Of a stretch of 64,000 nt of DNA, positions 1 through 12,523 are shown in pieces. Source of the stretch: Leptogorgia sarmentosa (lineage: Eukaryota); contig OZ210885.1 in the NCBI GenBank assembly GCA_964658305.1, positions 24,862,001 through 24,926,000 of the forward strand. The letters run 5' to 3'. A model generated the notes under the pieces. It was given only the letters and a program-made list of their open reading frames with translations. It had not been told where the DNA came from and did no database searches. Position numbers and translations under genes: made by a program. Positions within the stretch are counted from its first letter, which is position 1. Each line of letters begins with the position of its first letter.

Positions 1-637
1 TTTTGCCCTGAAATATGTGCCTTCAAGGCGGTTCAATTTGTAATTATTATTCTTAATGTAAATTGCAACAATTTCCTTTATTAGTAATATTACAAGCCTT
101 TTTCTGTCATATGTAGGTTGCCACAATAAATGTGTCCACCTTTAGCAGATCTTTCAAAGAGTGGAAGTTCTGCAAATTTGAAATGGAAGCTCTTCAGCAA
201 AAGAACTGGATGGAGTGTCCTCCCTGTAGAATTAGTCAGCATTCTGGACATGTGGATGGAAACATGAAGCTATATCGCTTTAGATCAGCTGGATAGTAAT
301 AATTATTTTATGATATTTAATAAACTTAGAGTTACTGAAAGTAATGAACGTCTGTACTCTCTAATAACAAAAGATCAGGATCAGGAAGAGTGGGCAACAC
401 TATGGTGTCCCATTAGAGACATTCATTATTTCACAGTTTTTTCCAAAAAAAAAAGAATTTCTTTCTAAATTCTCATTTTGAAATTCTCGTTTTGAAGTAG
501 TTGGGTTCAAAAAAAAATTAACTGATCTAAAATGAAATTTTACATGTCCCATTGGAGACATTGAAATATTCATACAAAACTCCCTAAATTGTGTGCCCGA
601 AGATTAGCCTGAACATTCAGGTTGAGTAAAAACAAAA

Positions 638-1852
638 ATGGCGGGTGTTCGTGGAGGATTATGGAAAGACGACATCGATCTTAAGATTGCATTGCAAGAT
701 CTTGTTAAGAAAGATTATAAAAGGAGTGAAATTCTAGTAACTATACAAAAAGATTTTCCTCAATATACGTGGGGCTGTGTCAAAACCCTGGATCGCCGTC
801 TCCGCCATTTTTCAATCAATTATATCGAATATGACACCCCTTTAGAAACAGTGCAGGATGCTATAGCGAAAGAACTCGAGGGACCAGGTTCTCTTTTGGG
901 TGTGCGAGCCATGACAAAGAAGTTGAGAATGCATCATGACATCAAAGTTCCGAGAAATTTAGTTAATGCTGCCATGTTTGATGCTGATCCCGAAGGACTC
1001 GAGGATAGACGACCTGCCAACAGAAAGAAAAAACGGGATGGAAAATTTGTCACCATGGGAGTTAACTGGGCTTGGAGTCTCGACGGACATGACAAGCTAA
1101 TGGGGTTCCAGAACTGGACATTTCCTCTAGCAATCTATGGTTGCTATGATACTGCATCAAGGAAAGTGATTTTCATAAAAGTTTGGAAATCTAACTCAGA
1201 TCCCAATTTTGTAGGACGTTGGTATTTTGACCACCTTTATACATCGCAGCGTATCCCATCAAAATTAAGAGTTGATCGTGGCACTGAGACTGGTATTCTT
1301 GCAACACTACATGTATTTCTGCGGCGCAATCATGGAGATATGGCTCCTGAGGACACAGTTGAGTATGGACCGTCTACCAGCAATAGAATAGAGCGTTGGT
1401 GGCGCGAATTGCATGAGAGATTGGGCAAATTTTTTAAATTTCAGCTACAACAACTGCTGGAGCAAGGCTTGTATGATCGTGAAGATGAGAATGATCGCAA
1501 GATGTTGGCATATGTTTTTATCCCCATTGTGCAAAGAGAAATTGATCTGTTTGTTGATATGTGGAATAATTCACGAACCAGGTTTCAAAGAAACACTTTA
1601 ATGCCAGATGGAATCCCCAACGTTATTTATAACTCTCCAGAAGAGTATGGTTTGGAAGATAAAGGGTGGAATCTTAGTAGAGAAGAGCTTGCTGAAGCAG
1701 CTGAGGCCTCTGGGGTTCTTAATGTACCAGATGACTTTGTGGATGAAGCTTTCCGAGCTGAATGCTCACGTCACTTACCAGATGTTGAAAGTGTGCAAGC
1801 GAAAGATGCTGCTAGGAAATACATAGAATTACGAAACATTATGAAAGCATAA
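638..1852 (+). CDS. IS3/IS481-like DDE transposase (integrase core), 404 aa, intronless
   Basis: Motifs WSLDGHDKL, YGCYDTASRKV, LRVDRGTET, GPSTSNRIERWWREL, FVDMWNN and GIPN; N-terminal helical (HTH-like) region; AAAATGGCG start context. Confidence 0.92.
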   Translation: MAGVRGGLWKDDIDLKIALQDLVKKDYKRSEILVTIQKDFPQYTWGCVKTLDRRLRHFSINYIEYDTPLETVQDAIAKELEGPGSLLGVRAMTKKLRMHHDIKVPRNLVNAAMFDADPEGLEDRRPANRKKKRDGKFVTMGVNWAWSLDGHDKLMGFQNWTFPLAIYGCYDTASRKVIFIKVWKSNSDPNFVGRWYFDHLYTSQRIPSKLRVDRGTETGILATLHVFLRRNHGDMAPEDTVEYGPSTSNRIERWWRELHERLGKFFKFQLQQLLEQGLYDREDENDRKMLAYVFIPIVQREIDLFVDMWNNSRTRFQRNTLMPDGIPNVIYNSPEEYGLEDKGWNLSREELAEAAEASGVLNVPDDFVDEAFRAECSRHLPDVESVQAKDAARKYIELRNIMKA

Positions 1853-2171
1853 ACAAGATATTCTAAATTTAGTCAGTAGTAAAACAAACTTGAAAGGCTA
1901 ATTGTGGCCAATTCATTGATAATATAACTTCTTATTTTAATTGTTTGTAAACAAAGGTTAGCTGTCACAACATTAATTCTGTGGAAATTAATGTATCCAT
2001 ATATATTAATAACTTGCACTAAAAACTGTAATGTAAGTATGTAACCAAACATAAACTAAACCAACAATATAAAAAATATGTTCATCACAGTATATGAACC
2101 TAACCTATAACATATACACTGTAGTCTGCAATCTCACTGTGTCACCATTATGCTTCTTTTACAATGACACT

Positions 2172-3805
2172 TTAACAAATTTCTTTAAAGCAAGAGTTAC
2201 AATATTGGTTGCATTTGTGCTGCCCAAAAAAATTATCTATGGCCTTTGTTGAAAGATTTCCAATGCAAAAGTTCAGTTTATCTTCATCATCCTCCTTGGT
2301 CATCAGATCGGCACTAGCTATTTCTGGATCACATAACTGGAAACCAATCCCTTGAATATCAACTAATAGGAATTTTTGTTTGCTGATAACATAAGAGAAA
2401 TGGGCTAGAGCCTCGGCTTTTTCCACAGCAGCTGTTGGAAGCTCACGATCAATATCTCCTGTATTGTTCATATACTTAACAAATGGTGATCCGTCTATAA
2501 ATTTTTCAATGGTAACAATTTCTAAGCTACCATCTGCCTCGCAATGCATTTTACCAAGAAATGCAGTATTATATGAAAACATCTCACCAGATTTATTAGC
2601 AAGTTTCCTAGCCATCTGTTTTGCAATTGATTTTGCTAAGTTGTGCATTTGCACTTGCTTCCTTGCATGTTCTTCTTCGCTTATTCCAATGCAAAGTAGC
2701 TCTTCTTTGGCTTTGTCGTTATATTTTTTCAACAACCAGGTCCCTGGAAATTGCTCATCTCCACTTGAGCACTTGTAAGCAATACGAAAACCACCTTCTG
2801 CAAATTTTTTATCCTGGATATGGAATGATACACTTTTTGACGGACTCCATTCATTGTTTACATCAAATTCTTGTACCTAAAGAAATCCCAAGACATTTGA
2901 GGGTGAGTTTGTTATTCATGGGGTTGCTTTTTTTGGGGGGGGGGGGCAGTTTGGAAAAAATATGATTATTAGTTTATTAGAAGCAAAGTTTAAGTACTCA
3001 GAAACAAATTAGAAAAGCTTAGAGAATCTATGCCAGAGCAACTCATAAAAATGACAATTTCAAAAATATAAACATTTGACTATCATGATCTGCATCACAA
3101 ACAAAATATAACGAATTTGAATGGTCTCAAGTCTCAGTACAAAAAGATAGTAATTTCAATAAAAATACTATCTTTTGAAAACGAAATTTATACCTGTATC
3201 ACCGTTTCTTTTTTCGGTTTAATAACCTGGCCCAATCTTAACATTGCTGTCACTGAAAGAGACTTCGCTACAGGTTTAGATAATGAATCTTTCTTACGAT
3301 CTTCGGGCAAATGTGCACTTTTTTGTGGACTACTTTGGACGGTTGTTGGTTTTCTTGGTTTCTTTGCACGTGGGACGAATGGGACCGGGAAATCGATATC
3401 AGCCAAATCATCATTGTCTGAATCGGTGAAAGTTTGATTAATAAATCTTACAAACAGCGTGCCATTCAGGTTTTTTATTTCGTCCAGTGATTCGATTGAA
3501 GGACCTCTTTCTGTTTCTAAGATATCGCAAGTCATACCAGGAACATTAAAACCAGCTACACACGCCCTACGTATAACGTCAATTGAGGCTTCCTTGTACA
3601 AATCGTCTTCCAAAACGTCCACCCGCTTTAGTGGTCCCATTCGGGCATATTTTTGAGAACTGCCTTTCACTTGTGCGGATAACCTTTGTATAGTTAGTTT
3701 TGGGGGTAAAAGTCTTTCTTTGCCCTTGTTTGATTTGTTTTTTTCATTTTTCCTTTTCCTCTTTTCTGCCATAGTCGCTTCGTATTTCTTAAATATTTCC
3801 GCCAT
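2172..3805 (-). CDS. Alpha-kinase (eEF2K/MHCK/TRPM7-type atypical protein kinase), 2 exons, ~438 aa
   Basis: Exon 1 3805-3194 and exon 2 2876-2172 join in frame through a GT-AG intron. Exon 2 has FAEGGFRIAYK, WLLKKY, TIEKFI, FVKYMNNTG, ALAHFSY, LLVDIQG, LCDPEIAS, GNLS and the C-terminal HKCNQYC zinc motif. Confidence 0.9.
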
Positions 3806-4283
3806 TTTTAATCACTGATCTCAATATAAACAATGGACTATATGTCTAGCATGAGGGTTTCTGATGATGTAATGTTTTCCAATGTCTCCAATGGGACATG
3901 TAAAATTTCATTTTAGATCAGTTAATTTTTTTTTGAACCCAACTACTTCAAAACGAGAATTTCAAAATGAGAATTTAGAAAGAAATTCTTTTTTTTTTGG
4001 AAAAAACTGTGAAATAATGAATGTCTCTAATGGGACACCATACAACACTTTCTGATTTAATTATTTTAGGTCTCAAAGAAACAACCTCGTACCCAGGGTC
4101 TTGATCCTCGCTCTCGAGGAAAGACCCTGGTATGGACCGATGACGTTTTACGCGAATTTCGCGTAAAATGGCGGATTGCTCATTAGGGTCGAGAGGGTGG
4201 GTCAAACATTGTCGTTATTACTATTAGTAATTAGATATGACGTTTATGTAAATATTCGAAATTTCACTTCTCTTGACCTGAAC

Positions 4284-7200
4284 ATGCAAAAACGAACTCC
4301 GAAAAAGTTTTATAGTACTAGTGAACAGATTCAAAGATCTTCCTGCCGTTTATGTCTAAAGATCTGCGATGTGACTCACGTGAAAAAGTTGTTCAGACCT
4401 GCAAACGCCAATATTCTCAAACTAGCTGAAGATTGTTCGGGCGATGTCCTTGTTAGAGACGGAAACCTGCCTCAAAATATTTGCAAACCTTGTGAGAGAC
4501 GGTTGTTGAACTACAAGGCTTTTAAAGAGCTAATTCTGAAAAGTCAAGACGCACTTAAATCACAGTCGAGAGCGAAAAGATGCCCCGAACCATCGCCTTC
4601 TTCATTGCCTGCAAGAAAGAGGGTTCACAAAGAAGCTTCATTAACACCACGAACTTTATTATTTTCTTCAAAAGAAAATACGGTGAGTTTGAAACAATTA
4701 TCTTTACTGTATTATATGTATTCTCTATGACTATTTTAATTTCCGATCTTTTTGTACTTGCTATATTCTTCAATGATAAATGGCTTGGAAAGTGCGTGCA
4801 GAGCCAGGATTGATTAATTAAATATAAAGCATTGCTTGCCTTTGTTTGTTTGTTTTTTACAATATGTTCATGGCTAATTTTAGTTTTTAAGCATGACAAT
4901 CACAAGTTTTTTCGGGTTTTGACACTACAAGGTTATTGCAAGTGTTAATAACTCATCGTCATATACGGAAGCGATATATGATGTTAACAGACGCAAAATG
5001 AAATAGTAGTTTTATACAATACATAATCACACTTTATGTCAAGTCAAACGGACGAATTTATACGCGCTACTGGCAATTCGTTTTACAAGCAATTTTTCCA
5101 AGTAATGCGCCTCAAATACACAAATTTAATTAACAGAACGACTGCTCTAACTTTAGAATTGAAAATTTGATACATCGATAACATTTTCTATAAATTTGCT
5201 TTGTTTTTTAGCCAGCTTCTTCAAATGATGCTCAACATGACAGCTCTTCTAAGAAGTTCGAATTGTCTAAAAAAGAGGTTACCTCGAAGATGCAAATAGA
5301 ACTGATTAATGCTGCCCGCAGAAATAGCAATTCTATATTGGGAAAAAGGGACTTTCCCGCGTTGTCAAATGTTGACTTCAAAGAGATAATCGAGGAAATG
5401 AGACAGCTATGTCCTACAGTTTATGAAATGGTTTTTTCTTTGTTGGAAATGGACATAGGTACTGAAAACAAGTTTCCAACCATGGCTTTGGTTTACGGCC
5501 TTACAATGTTTAAACGTTCTCGTGAAATGAGCCTGCTACAAAGATTGAACACTTTGCTTTTGATAGATGGCGACGCAAATCAAGAGGTAAAATATGAACT
5601 AGTTAGTATTACAGTAAAATTTGTTTCCCTAAATTTCCTATACATACACATTAAAGCGTTACTGTAGCTAACTAGCTATTGTAAACCGACATTCTACTAT
5701 TACTGAATTTACAAGTTACAACATGTTCTTATCAAAACAAAAGGAATGATATCCTAATGTCACGGACTCACTAGTGAGCGCAACGAACAAAGGACATTTT
5801 TGACATCATCCAGAAAGGACTAATGTAACTTGTAAATTGTAAAACTTGTACCGATATCGTAGCCTGTTTATCACATACTTCAACCGATTTCATCATTCCA
5901 ATGAAAAAGATATATCAGTGCCAATATCACAGTAATGAATGCATAACTGAAGTATGTGGTATAAATACAGTGATATATGTCTATATTTTCTTGGTTTTAA
6001 AACCTCTTTTATGTCTAATTCACTAGGTTTTGAATAGATTAAATAAGTATGGCATTTGTCTAACATCTCAGATGAAGTACCCCATTCTTGAGGACATTGG
6101 TAACCATTTTATGGATCAGGCAGTTGATCTTGTTAAAAAAGGTCATAACTTTGTGTATGTCATGGATAATATTGATTGGACAATCAAAGTTCACGAGATG
6201 CGATCCGATAACCAAAATAAAGACGTACATGCAGTAGCAACAAGCTTAGTGTTTGATCGTGTACCTAAAAAACAATTCTCCAATGATGCACCTCAACAAT
6301 CTCTTGCAAATGTTAATGTCAGAGAGATTGTCACTCCAACTGCTGAAGAAATGGCTTGTACAAGAGGGCGATACAAGGTCCTACTTGGAAATATTATCTG
6401 TGAATCTCTACAGGCCTTCAAATCTTTTAAGGATCTTGTTGGCAGCACCTCAAGTCGTTATCCGGATGAGATGCGGTCACCATCTGTCATTGTTCCCTAT
6501 CCAGTTTTGATGAAAGATGAGAAGAAATATGCTGAATTAGTTGCTGTGTTAGACACCATGGAGACATGGATTCAAGAGCTTTATTCAAAAGCTAGTATTG
6601 CTAACAACACCAGTGTACCTATTCTTTTTACTGGTCCTCCAATTGCAACAACATCTCGTCCTGATCAACCTGGATCACACATTTCACGACTCCTTCCCCC
6701 TGATGATCCTTTACCAAAGGTTCCATGCTATGGTGATCAGCTTTCAAGAGTCAGACTCGCAGGTGGCAAAGATCTTAGAGCTGGCTGCCACACTTCCAAA
6801 GATAGACTAGATCATCTCTATCCATTCAGAATAGCAGGATGGCATACAAAACAAAGCCTCACTAAAGTAAGTTTTTAAAATTTCTTGTTTTACTGAATAC
6901 TTGATGTAATGCCTGAAAAATCTACTGGTCCATGAAGACCTCTGTGGATCTTTATGTATTAAAGGACACTGTCCCAAGGAGTTAACTAAACATTTTGAAT
7001 TGCAAACACTGAAAGTTTATATTATTAGAAAAAACTATAAGAAATATTAAAAAGTTTATATCGATCATGCATTGAAGTCATCTCGATTTCTTTGTTAATA
7101 AAAAAATATTTTGTATTACATTTAGCTGATATTCAAGAAGTTATATAACAATTCTGCCAGAGAAATTGGAACACTACGATACTTCAGAGAAATGCTCCAG

Positions 7201-8404
7201 AGAAGAAATGTCACAAAGGACGTGAAGCACTTTGAAGAATGTGAACAATTGTTTCTATTAGTTGGCAAGTGTTATGTTGTAGAGGCATTGTTAAATTTCT
7301 TCAACATGTCTACAGTAAGTGATCCACCAAGAAAGAATAACCCAAATTATCGTTTAATGTCTGTGGAAGAGCAGAGGAGTACCTACTGGGATGCAATGTT
7401 GGATAAATTTATGAATGAGCACTTAACCACACCTGGTCTAGTACCTGTGGAAGGAAACATGAGGCAAGATGACATTGCAATTGAATCATCTAATGAAAGT
7501 GCAGATTTAGTGAGAGAATACTCACTTCTATTGCTGAAGTACTACTTTTTAGGTAATTGCTATATAGTAATTTTAAAGTCAAGTTAACTACAGTAGTATC
7601 TTTCTTTTTTCATATTGAAAATTCAAAATGCTATACAACCTACACATTGTTTAATTTTTGTATAAAAACACAAAGTTATCTAGTTTTTTGACAAGTTTAA
7701 ATTGTGTCCTTGTATGAAAAATCTATTATGAAAAATACTATCTATAAATTACCCTTCTCTTAGTTGCAGATATCAAGGATGCTGTTATGAAAGGGAATGG
7801 GGAGAGAATCAACCAAATTCACAAACAACTGTTGCACCACTTCAAAACTGACCCTGGGTACAATGCATATGCGATTGAGATGCTTATCAACATTATCCAA
7901 AACGAGGTTTTGCTTTCAGAAAAAGAATATTACCAGTGTACGTGGGCAGAAACTGCAAATTGGACAGGAGGAGAAGGTAAGAATTTAGAAATCGACCTCA
8001 TGCAAGAAAATCGGAACAGGGACCTAAAGAAATTGATCAAAGGCATGGGTGCAAATAAGACAGATAAAGCAATTGAACGTGCAAGTAGAGCTGTTGGCGG
8101 AGTTAGGAAAGTGATGCAGAATTTTGATGCTCAAGCAGCTGTCCGTGCCAAATCAACTGCCCACAGTCACAAATCTTCATCTTCAGATGAGCTTAAAGTC
8201 TTAAAAGACTTGCGGAACTTGAAACCTTTTGCACACAAGAGTGACAGAAAGCATCCTTCATTCCCTTCTGTGTCATCTAATCCACTATGTGATCTTGAAG
8301 GCCTAAAATTTAATGACTGGTTAAAACGTCATAAGAAAAACCTCTTGTACAGAGTTCCAACTATGGAAGATGAGATAGAAAGTGATGAGAGTGAGGACAC
8401 TTGA
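4284..8404 (+). CDS. Academ-type transposase, 5 exons, ~893 aa, with N-terminal zf-AD-like zinc finger
   Basis: Exons 4284-4682, 5212-5586, 6027-6866, 7126-7552 and 7764-8404 splice in frame at GT-AG. Motifs: CRLC...ICKPCERRL, VMDNIDW, CYGDQLS, GWHTK, DAVMKGNGER, NLEIDLMQENRN. Confidence 0.82.
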
Positions 8405-8940
8405 TATGTTATCACTAATACAATGCTCTAGACTCACTTTGTTAGTTTACTTTAATTGTGGAAGAACAGACAATTTTGCTCATAAGTAGTAGTTGTTTCC
8501 TTCAAAAGGAAATGGCAAGAAACATTTTGTGTGCATAATTTAAAAAAATCAAGTTTGTAAAAAAAAATTATGTTATCTACCACACATCCTGTGTAGGTGT
8601 TCTAGAGCTCCAAATTTAATGTAAGTGAAGTGGGTTATTATACCATTTGAAAACAATAATAGAAATCTGTAAGAGGTTCTGAAATATATTGAATCACTTC
8701 TTTCTAATTCAAGCAGCAGACATTTATTGCCATTTCCCTTCAAATGGGAACATTAATTAACACAGCACCAGGTTTCCCAGTTAATTTCATCATTTCATTT
8801 GTAAATTTTCTTAATAGTACTTGTAAGAAAGTAAACAATATTTTTACTGTATATACAACGAGAACATTTGCAAACAAACAAAATTACTGAATTTTCTCCA
8901 ATAAGCTCAAATTATATATCGTCTAATTTTATGTTATGAT

Positions 8941-11154
8941 TCATACAGTACAACTAACACAGTCACATACCAAACTGCAATTGCTGCAACATAGGTGTCC
9001 AACGACATGTTCCTCTGGTTTAAGTCCTGCATCTAAACAGTTTAAAAGGTATTCTCTCATGCATGATTGTTCCAAATGGCAGTAGGCTCTGATATTCTCA
9101 CCGATTCCTTTCTTGTTTTTACCAATGTCACGATTATTATAAAATAACAACACCTGTGATGAAGATCCGTCTCTACCAGCTCTCCCAGTTTCTTGCATGT
9201 ATTCCCTAACAGTTCCAGGTGGCCCAATGTGGACGATCTTTCTAATGGAAGGTATACCCACTCCCATGCCCATTGCAATGGTGGCAAACACCACCCTCAA
9301 CTTGGAACATGAACATCCCAGTTCTTGAAGAATTTGCTCTTTCATGGCAGCAGTTTGAGGAGAATGGAATTGTGAGAATAATCTATTTTCAGGAATCTGG
9401 TCTGCACCAGTAGGAAAATACTGCTCAGAGCCCAAAATCCTCTCAAATAGTCTATATGCAAACCCACACCATCTCAGACTTAGGTAAACAATTGTTAGTG
9501 GGTATTCGATTTTCTGTGCTAGTAGATCTTTAGCAATTGGTGTTAATATTTCTTCATACGATTCAATATCGGGGCCATTCCTGAATACTTTCTTATAGAA
9601 AATATTTGGTCGGTTAAGACTTCCTACAACTTCCAGGGGGTTTTTCATATGCAATGTGTCCTTTATTACTTGTCGGTCTTTCTTGCTTGCGGTTGCTGAA
9701 AGGGCAAGAACAGGAACTGAAGGGAAAAGAGCGCATATCATACCAAGGTTGGAATAATCTGTTCGGAAATCATCACCCCTAAAAAATTACATTTGATACT
9801 TTCAAAAAGTAGATGGGTAAAATTAATTAGAAATACATTCTTTACCAGTGTTACGGTAGTGTATTTATAACCTATTAGTATAGTCTACTTAGTCTTACCA
9901 TTCCAAAATGCAATGAGCTTCGTCCACAACAATTGCTTGAACCGAGTTTTGGTATGGCACAGATTGTAACAAATTAAATCCTGCCTTAGACGATAAACAT
10001 GCCTCGGGATGAAGAAACAGGATATCAAATAACGCATCTTTGATGTCAGGTTCATCGCTCAAATCAGCACTAAAAGGCCCCGTCCACACGTATCCGGATA
10101 AATTTGAAAACGCATAAATATTTATACGGTTACGGGTTCCGTCCACACGTAAACGGCGTTTTCGCCCACTGAAAACGGATAAATTTGAAAACGCTCTCCA
10201 GAGTGGATAAATTTGAAAACGCCGGCCAAGCGGATCCGTGTGGACGCCTTATCCGGATAAATTTGAAAACGATTTGAAAACGATGACGTAACAACTCGAA
10301 CCCAGTGCACTCGGAAGCAATGGTCGAACATAATAAAAGCTCAGAATCAGAAGTATTTTCTTTTGATGGTTGTTGATGCGATACAAGCGCTTTTTAAAAA
10401 CAAAATTTAGTGTGGCGTTTTGACAGAGCGCGTTCTACTCACATCTCTATTGTTATTGTTTGAAAGACATTGAAATAATTTATTGTGTTGTGGATTAACT
10501 GTGACATTTTTAACATTCCATTTTAAAACTTGCGTTTGTTGTTAACATTAGCCAATAATGCGCGCATTTTAGCTGTGCTGTTTTGATCAAAACAAACTCG
10601 CATTTATATTAGCCGATGAGCATGCGGGCACACATTTTTTTCTCTAAAGAGCATGCTCGGTAGGCGATGTCAGCGTTTTCAAATCGTTTTCGCGTTTACG
10701 TGTGGACGCCAAAAACGATTCAGAAACGACAACGTGTGGACGCAGACTTTTTTGAAAACGGATAAATATTTATGCGTTTTCAAATTTATCCGGATACGTG
10801 TAGACGGGGCCTAAAATCAGTTTTTAAAAAGGTGGCTCTTAAATTCGTGCTGCCATTTATCTTTTTTATCTGATCCTCGACCAGTGAATTCAATGGCGAA
10901 ACAACAAGAATAACAGCAGATGATCGGTACAAAACAACCTCATCAGATCGCCTTTGTTCATACAGGTTTCTCTCATTAAGCAGCGTTGGGAGCAACTGAT
11001 AAATCAAAGATTTACCATATCCAGTAGGCAAGACAGCCACAGTATCTCTTCGATTATATAGGGCATCCAAACACTTCGTTTGTTTCGGTTTCAGATTTAT
11101 ATTGCTATACAAATTACTTTTGTTTACTGCAGAATGAAGGCAAGACATAAACAT
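8941..11154 (-). pseudogene. RecQ-like superfamily II helicase (~450 aa reconstructed), interrupted by a MITE
   Basis: Motifs LPTGYGKS, VVSPLNSL, VVDEAHC, LALSATA, VFATIAMGMGV, QETGRAGRDG and C-terminal CMR...CCSNC. Exon 11154-9899 (contains the MITE) and exon 9778-8941. Removing the MITE plus one TSD restores the frame (KTDF-SADL). Confidence 0.9.
10075..10812. mobile_element. PIF/Harbinger-like MITE
   Basis: ~50-bp TIR AGGCCCCGTCYACACGTATCCGGATAAATTTGAAAACGCATAAATATTT; 3-bp AAA duplication; internal GGATAAATTTGAAAAC repeats. Confidence 0.75.
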
Positions 11155-12259
11155 GCTTAGTTATACAAATTCTTCCACTCCACCCCCCCCCTTAGTCGCA
11201 TGAATTTCATACGTGACGTCATCGATCCATACCAGGGTCTTTCCTCGAGAGCGAGGATCAAGACCCTGGGTACGAGGTTGTCAAAGAAACTGTTATTACA
11301 ATGAGTGTTTCATTGCTTCAAATAGAAAGTTGATTCAAACAAGAATGATGTGTGCAGAATGACAATCAACAGTGAGGTAACATCCCGATTAGCTACATTT
11401 ATTGGCATTCTCCTGTTTTATATTTCATGTTGGTTCATACTGTATATAGCGTATACTCAGTAACGTGGTCTTGGTAGAGCGGGAAAAAACTTATTGTTTC
11501 ACCTGCAAAGGGTTCGATTCCCTTATGATGTGCAATACATGGTATGTCTATATAGAGTATGCCCAGATAATATCACACTCGCCATCGTAATATTAACTGT
11601 ATACGTTTTCTTATGTAAACATTTTTAATAAAGAACAATACTCCAAGTTCGATGTGTGGTGAAACTACCTGGAGGGCTGCACGAAATAGAGCAGGGAAAA
11701 AAAGAACCTTGACGAAACTGGCCTGGAGATTCTTGGTTGCAGACACACCGTCGCCCAAGCTGCAGTAAATATGTTTCAAGGGGAAATTTACAGCTATGCA
11801 CACTATCTGCAAAAACACGTTCTAACTAAAAATAACACGCTGTTCCTGTGGTATGATGTGGTTTGTCAATACTGGCCGTGGCTTATTAAGCATGATCCGG
11901 TACTTGCTGGCCAGACAAAACCTGGGTTGTCCGTTATGCACGCTAAAGCTCATTCTTGGACATGCCAGGTATTCTATTGATTCTAATAGAATACTAATAA
12001 TAATATATGTAGAACACCGGAGAGGTTATTTTAAATGTAAAATTTAATAAACTACAGTACAGTGAACTACCTACTACTATTAGAGCAGTAGAAATCGGTT
12101 TATTGAGAAGAGTATTCATTCATTACATCTGGTTTGCCGTCCATGCATTGTCAGTGTCACGCCTGGCATTATAGAGTCCTTAGTATTACTGCTGTCATCC
12201 TCCATTCACGCACCCGTCACTCCTAGTCATACGTCTCATTTTTGTTTCTTCTATTCTTA

Positions 12260-12523
12260 GACTGCGTTTACACAACTCCGGATCGATCTGAAAACGGCGC
12301 AAAACAATAACAAAACGGCGTTTTGTTTAAACTTATCTGGAGCAGATTTGTTGAAAAACGTCACTTTTGCCGTGGTGGTACGACCACACTCTCTTGCGTT
12401 GTGTAAACACTTTCGCTGTTAATATTTCGCTACACTTTATACCAATAATGTTTAGTGGGAAAACATAATTAAGGGTTAAGCAATTTATCAGCAAATTCGC
12501 TCCGGCGTTGTGTAAACGTAGTA
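12260..12523. mobile_element. Small degenerate Harbinger-like MITE in a KDZ intron
   Basis: Imperfect inverted ends CGTTTACACAACTCCGGATCGA and TCGCTCCGGCGTTGTGTAAACG. Confidence 0.5.

Larger units (their letters stand above)
401..4042 (+). mobile_element. IS3EU-type DNA transposon with two genes
   Basis: 163-bp TIRs at 401-563 and 3880-4042, starting TATGG and ending CCATA. 6-bp TSD CAACAC at 395-400 and 4043-4048. TAY..RTA ends, a 6-bp TSD and an IS3-like integrase fit IS3EU. Lies in an intron of KDZ gene A. Confidence 0.9.
4082..11280 (+). mobile_element. AcademH (helicase-encoding Academ) DNA transposon
   Basis: ~65-bp TIRs CAACCTCGTACCCAGGGTC... at 4082-4146 and 11216-11280. 9-bp TSD TCAAAGAAA at 4073-4081 and 11281-11289. 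Convergent transposase and RecQ-like helicase genes, the known AcademH layout. Confidence 0.9.

Noticed and set aside
638..1852. Bacterial IS contamination or retroviral integrase
   Set aside because: The element also carries a spliceosomal-intron gene and sits in a eukaryotic intron with a TSD; no LTR or RT.
8941..11154. Host RecQ/WRN/BLM gene
   Set aside because: Lies inside AcademH TIRs and TSD and has only the minimal helicase core.
11465..11525. tRNA gene (TGGTAGAGCG...GGGTTCGATTCCC)
   Set aside because: Box-like motifs only; no cloverleaf can be drawn. At most a SINE or tRNA relic.
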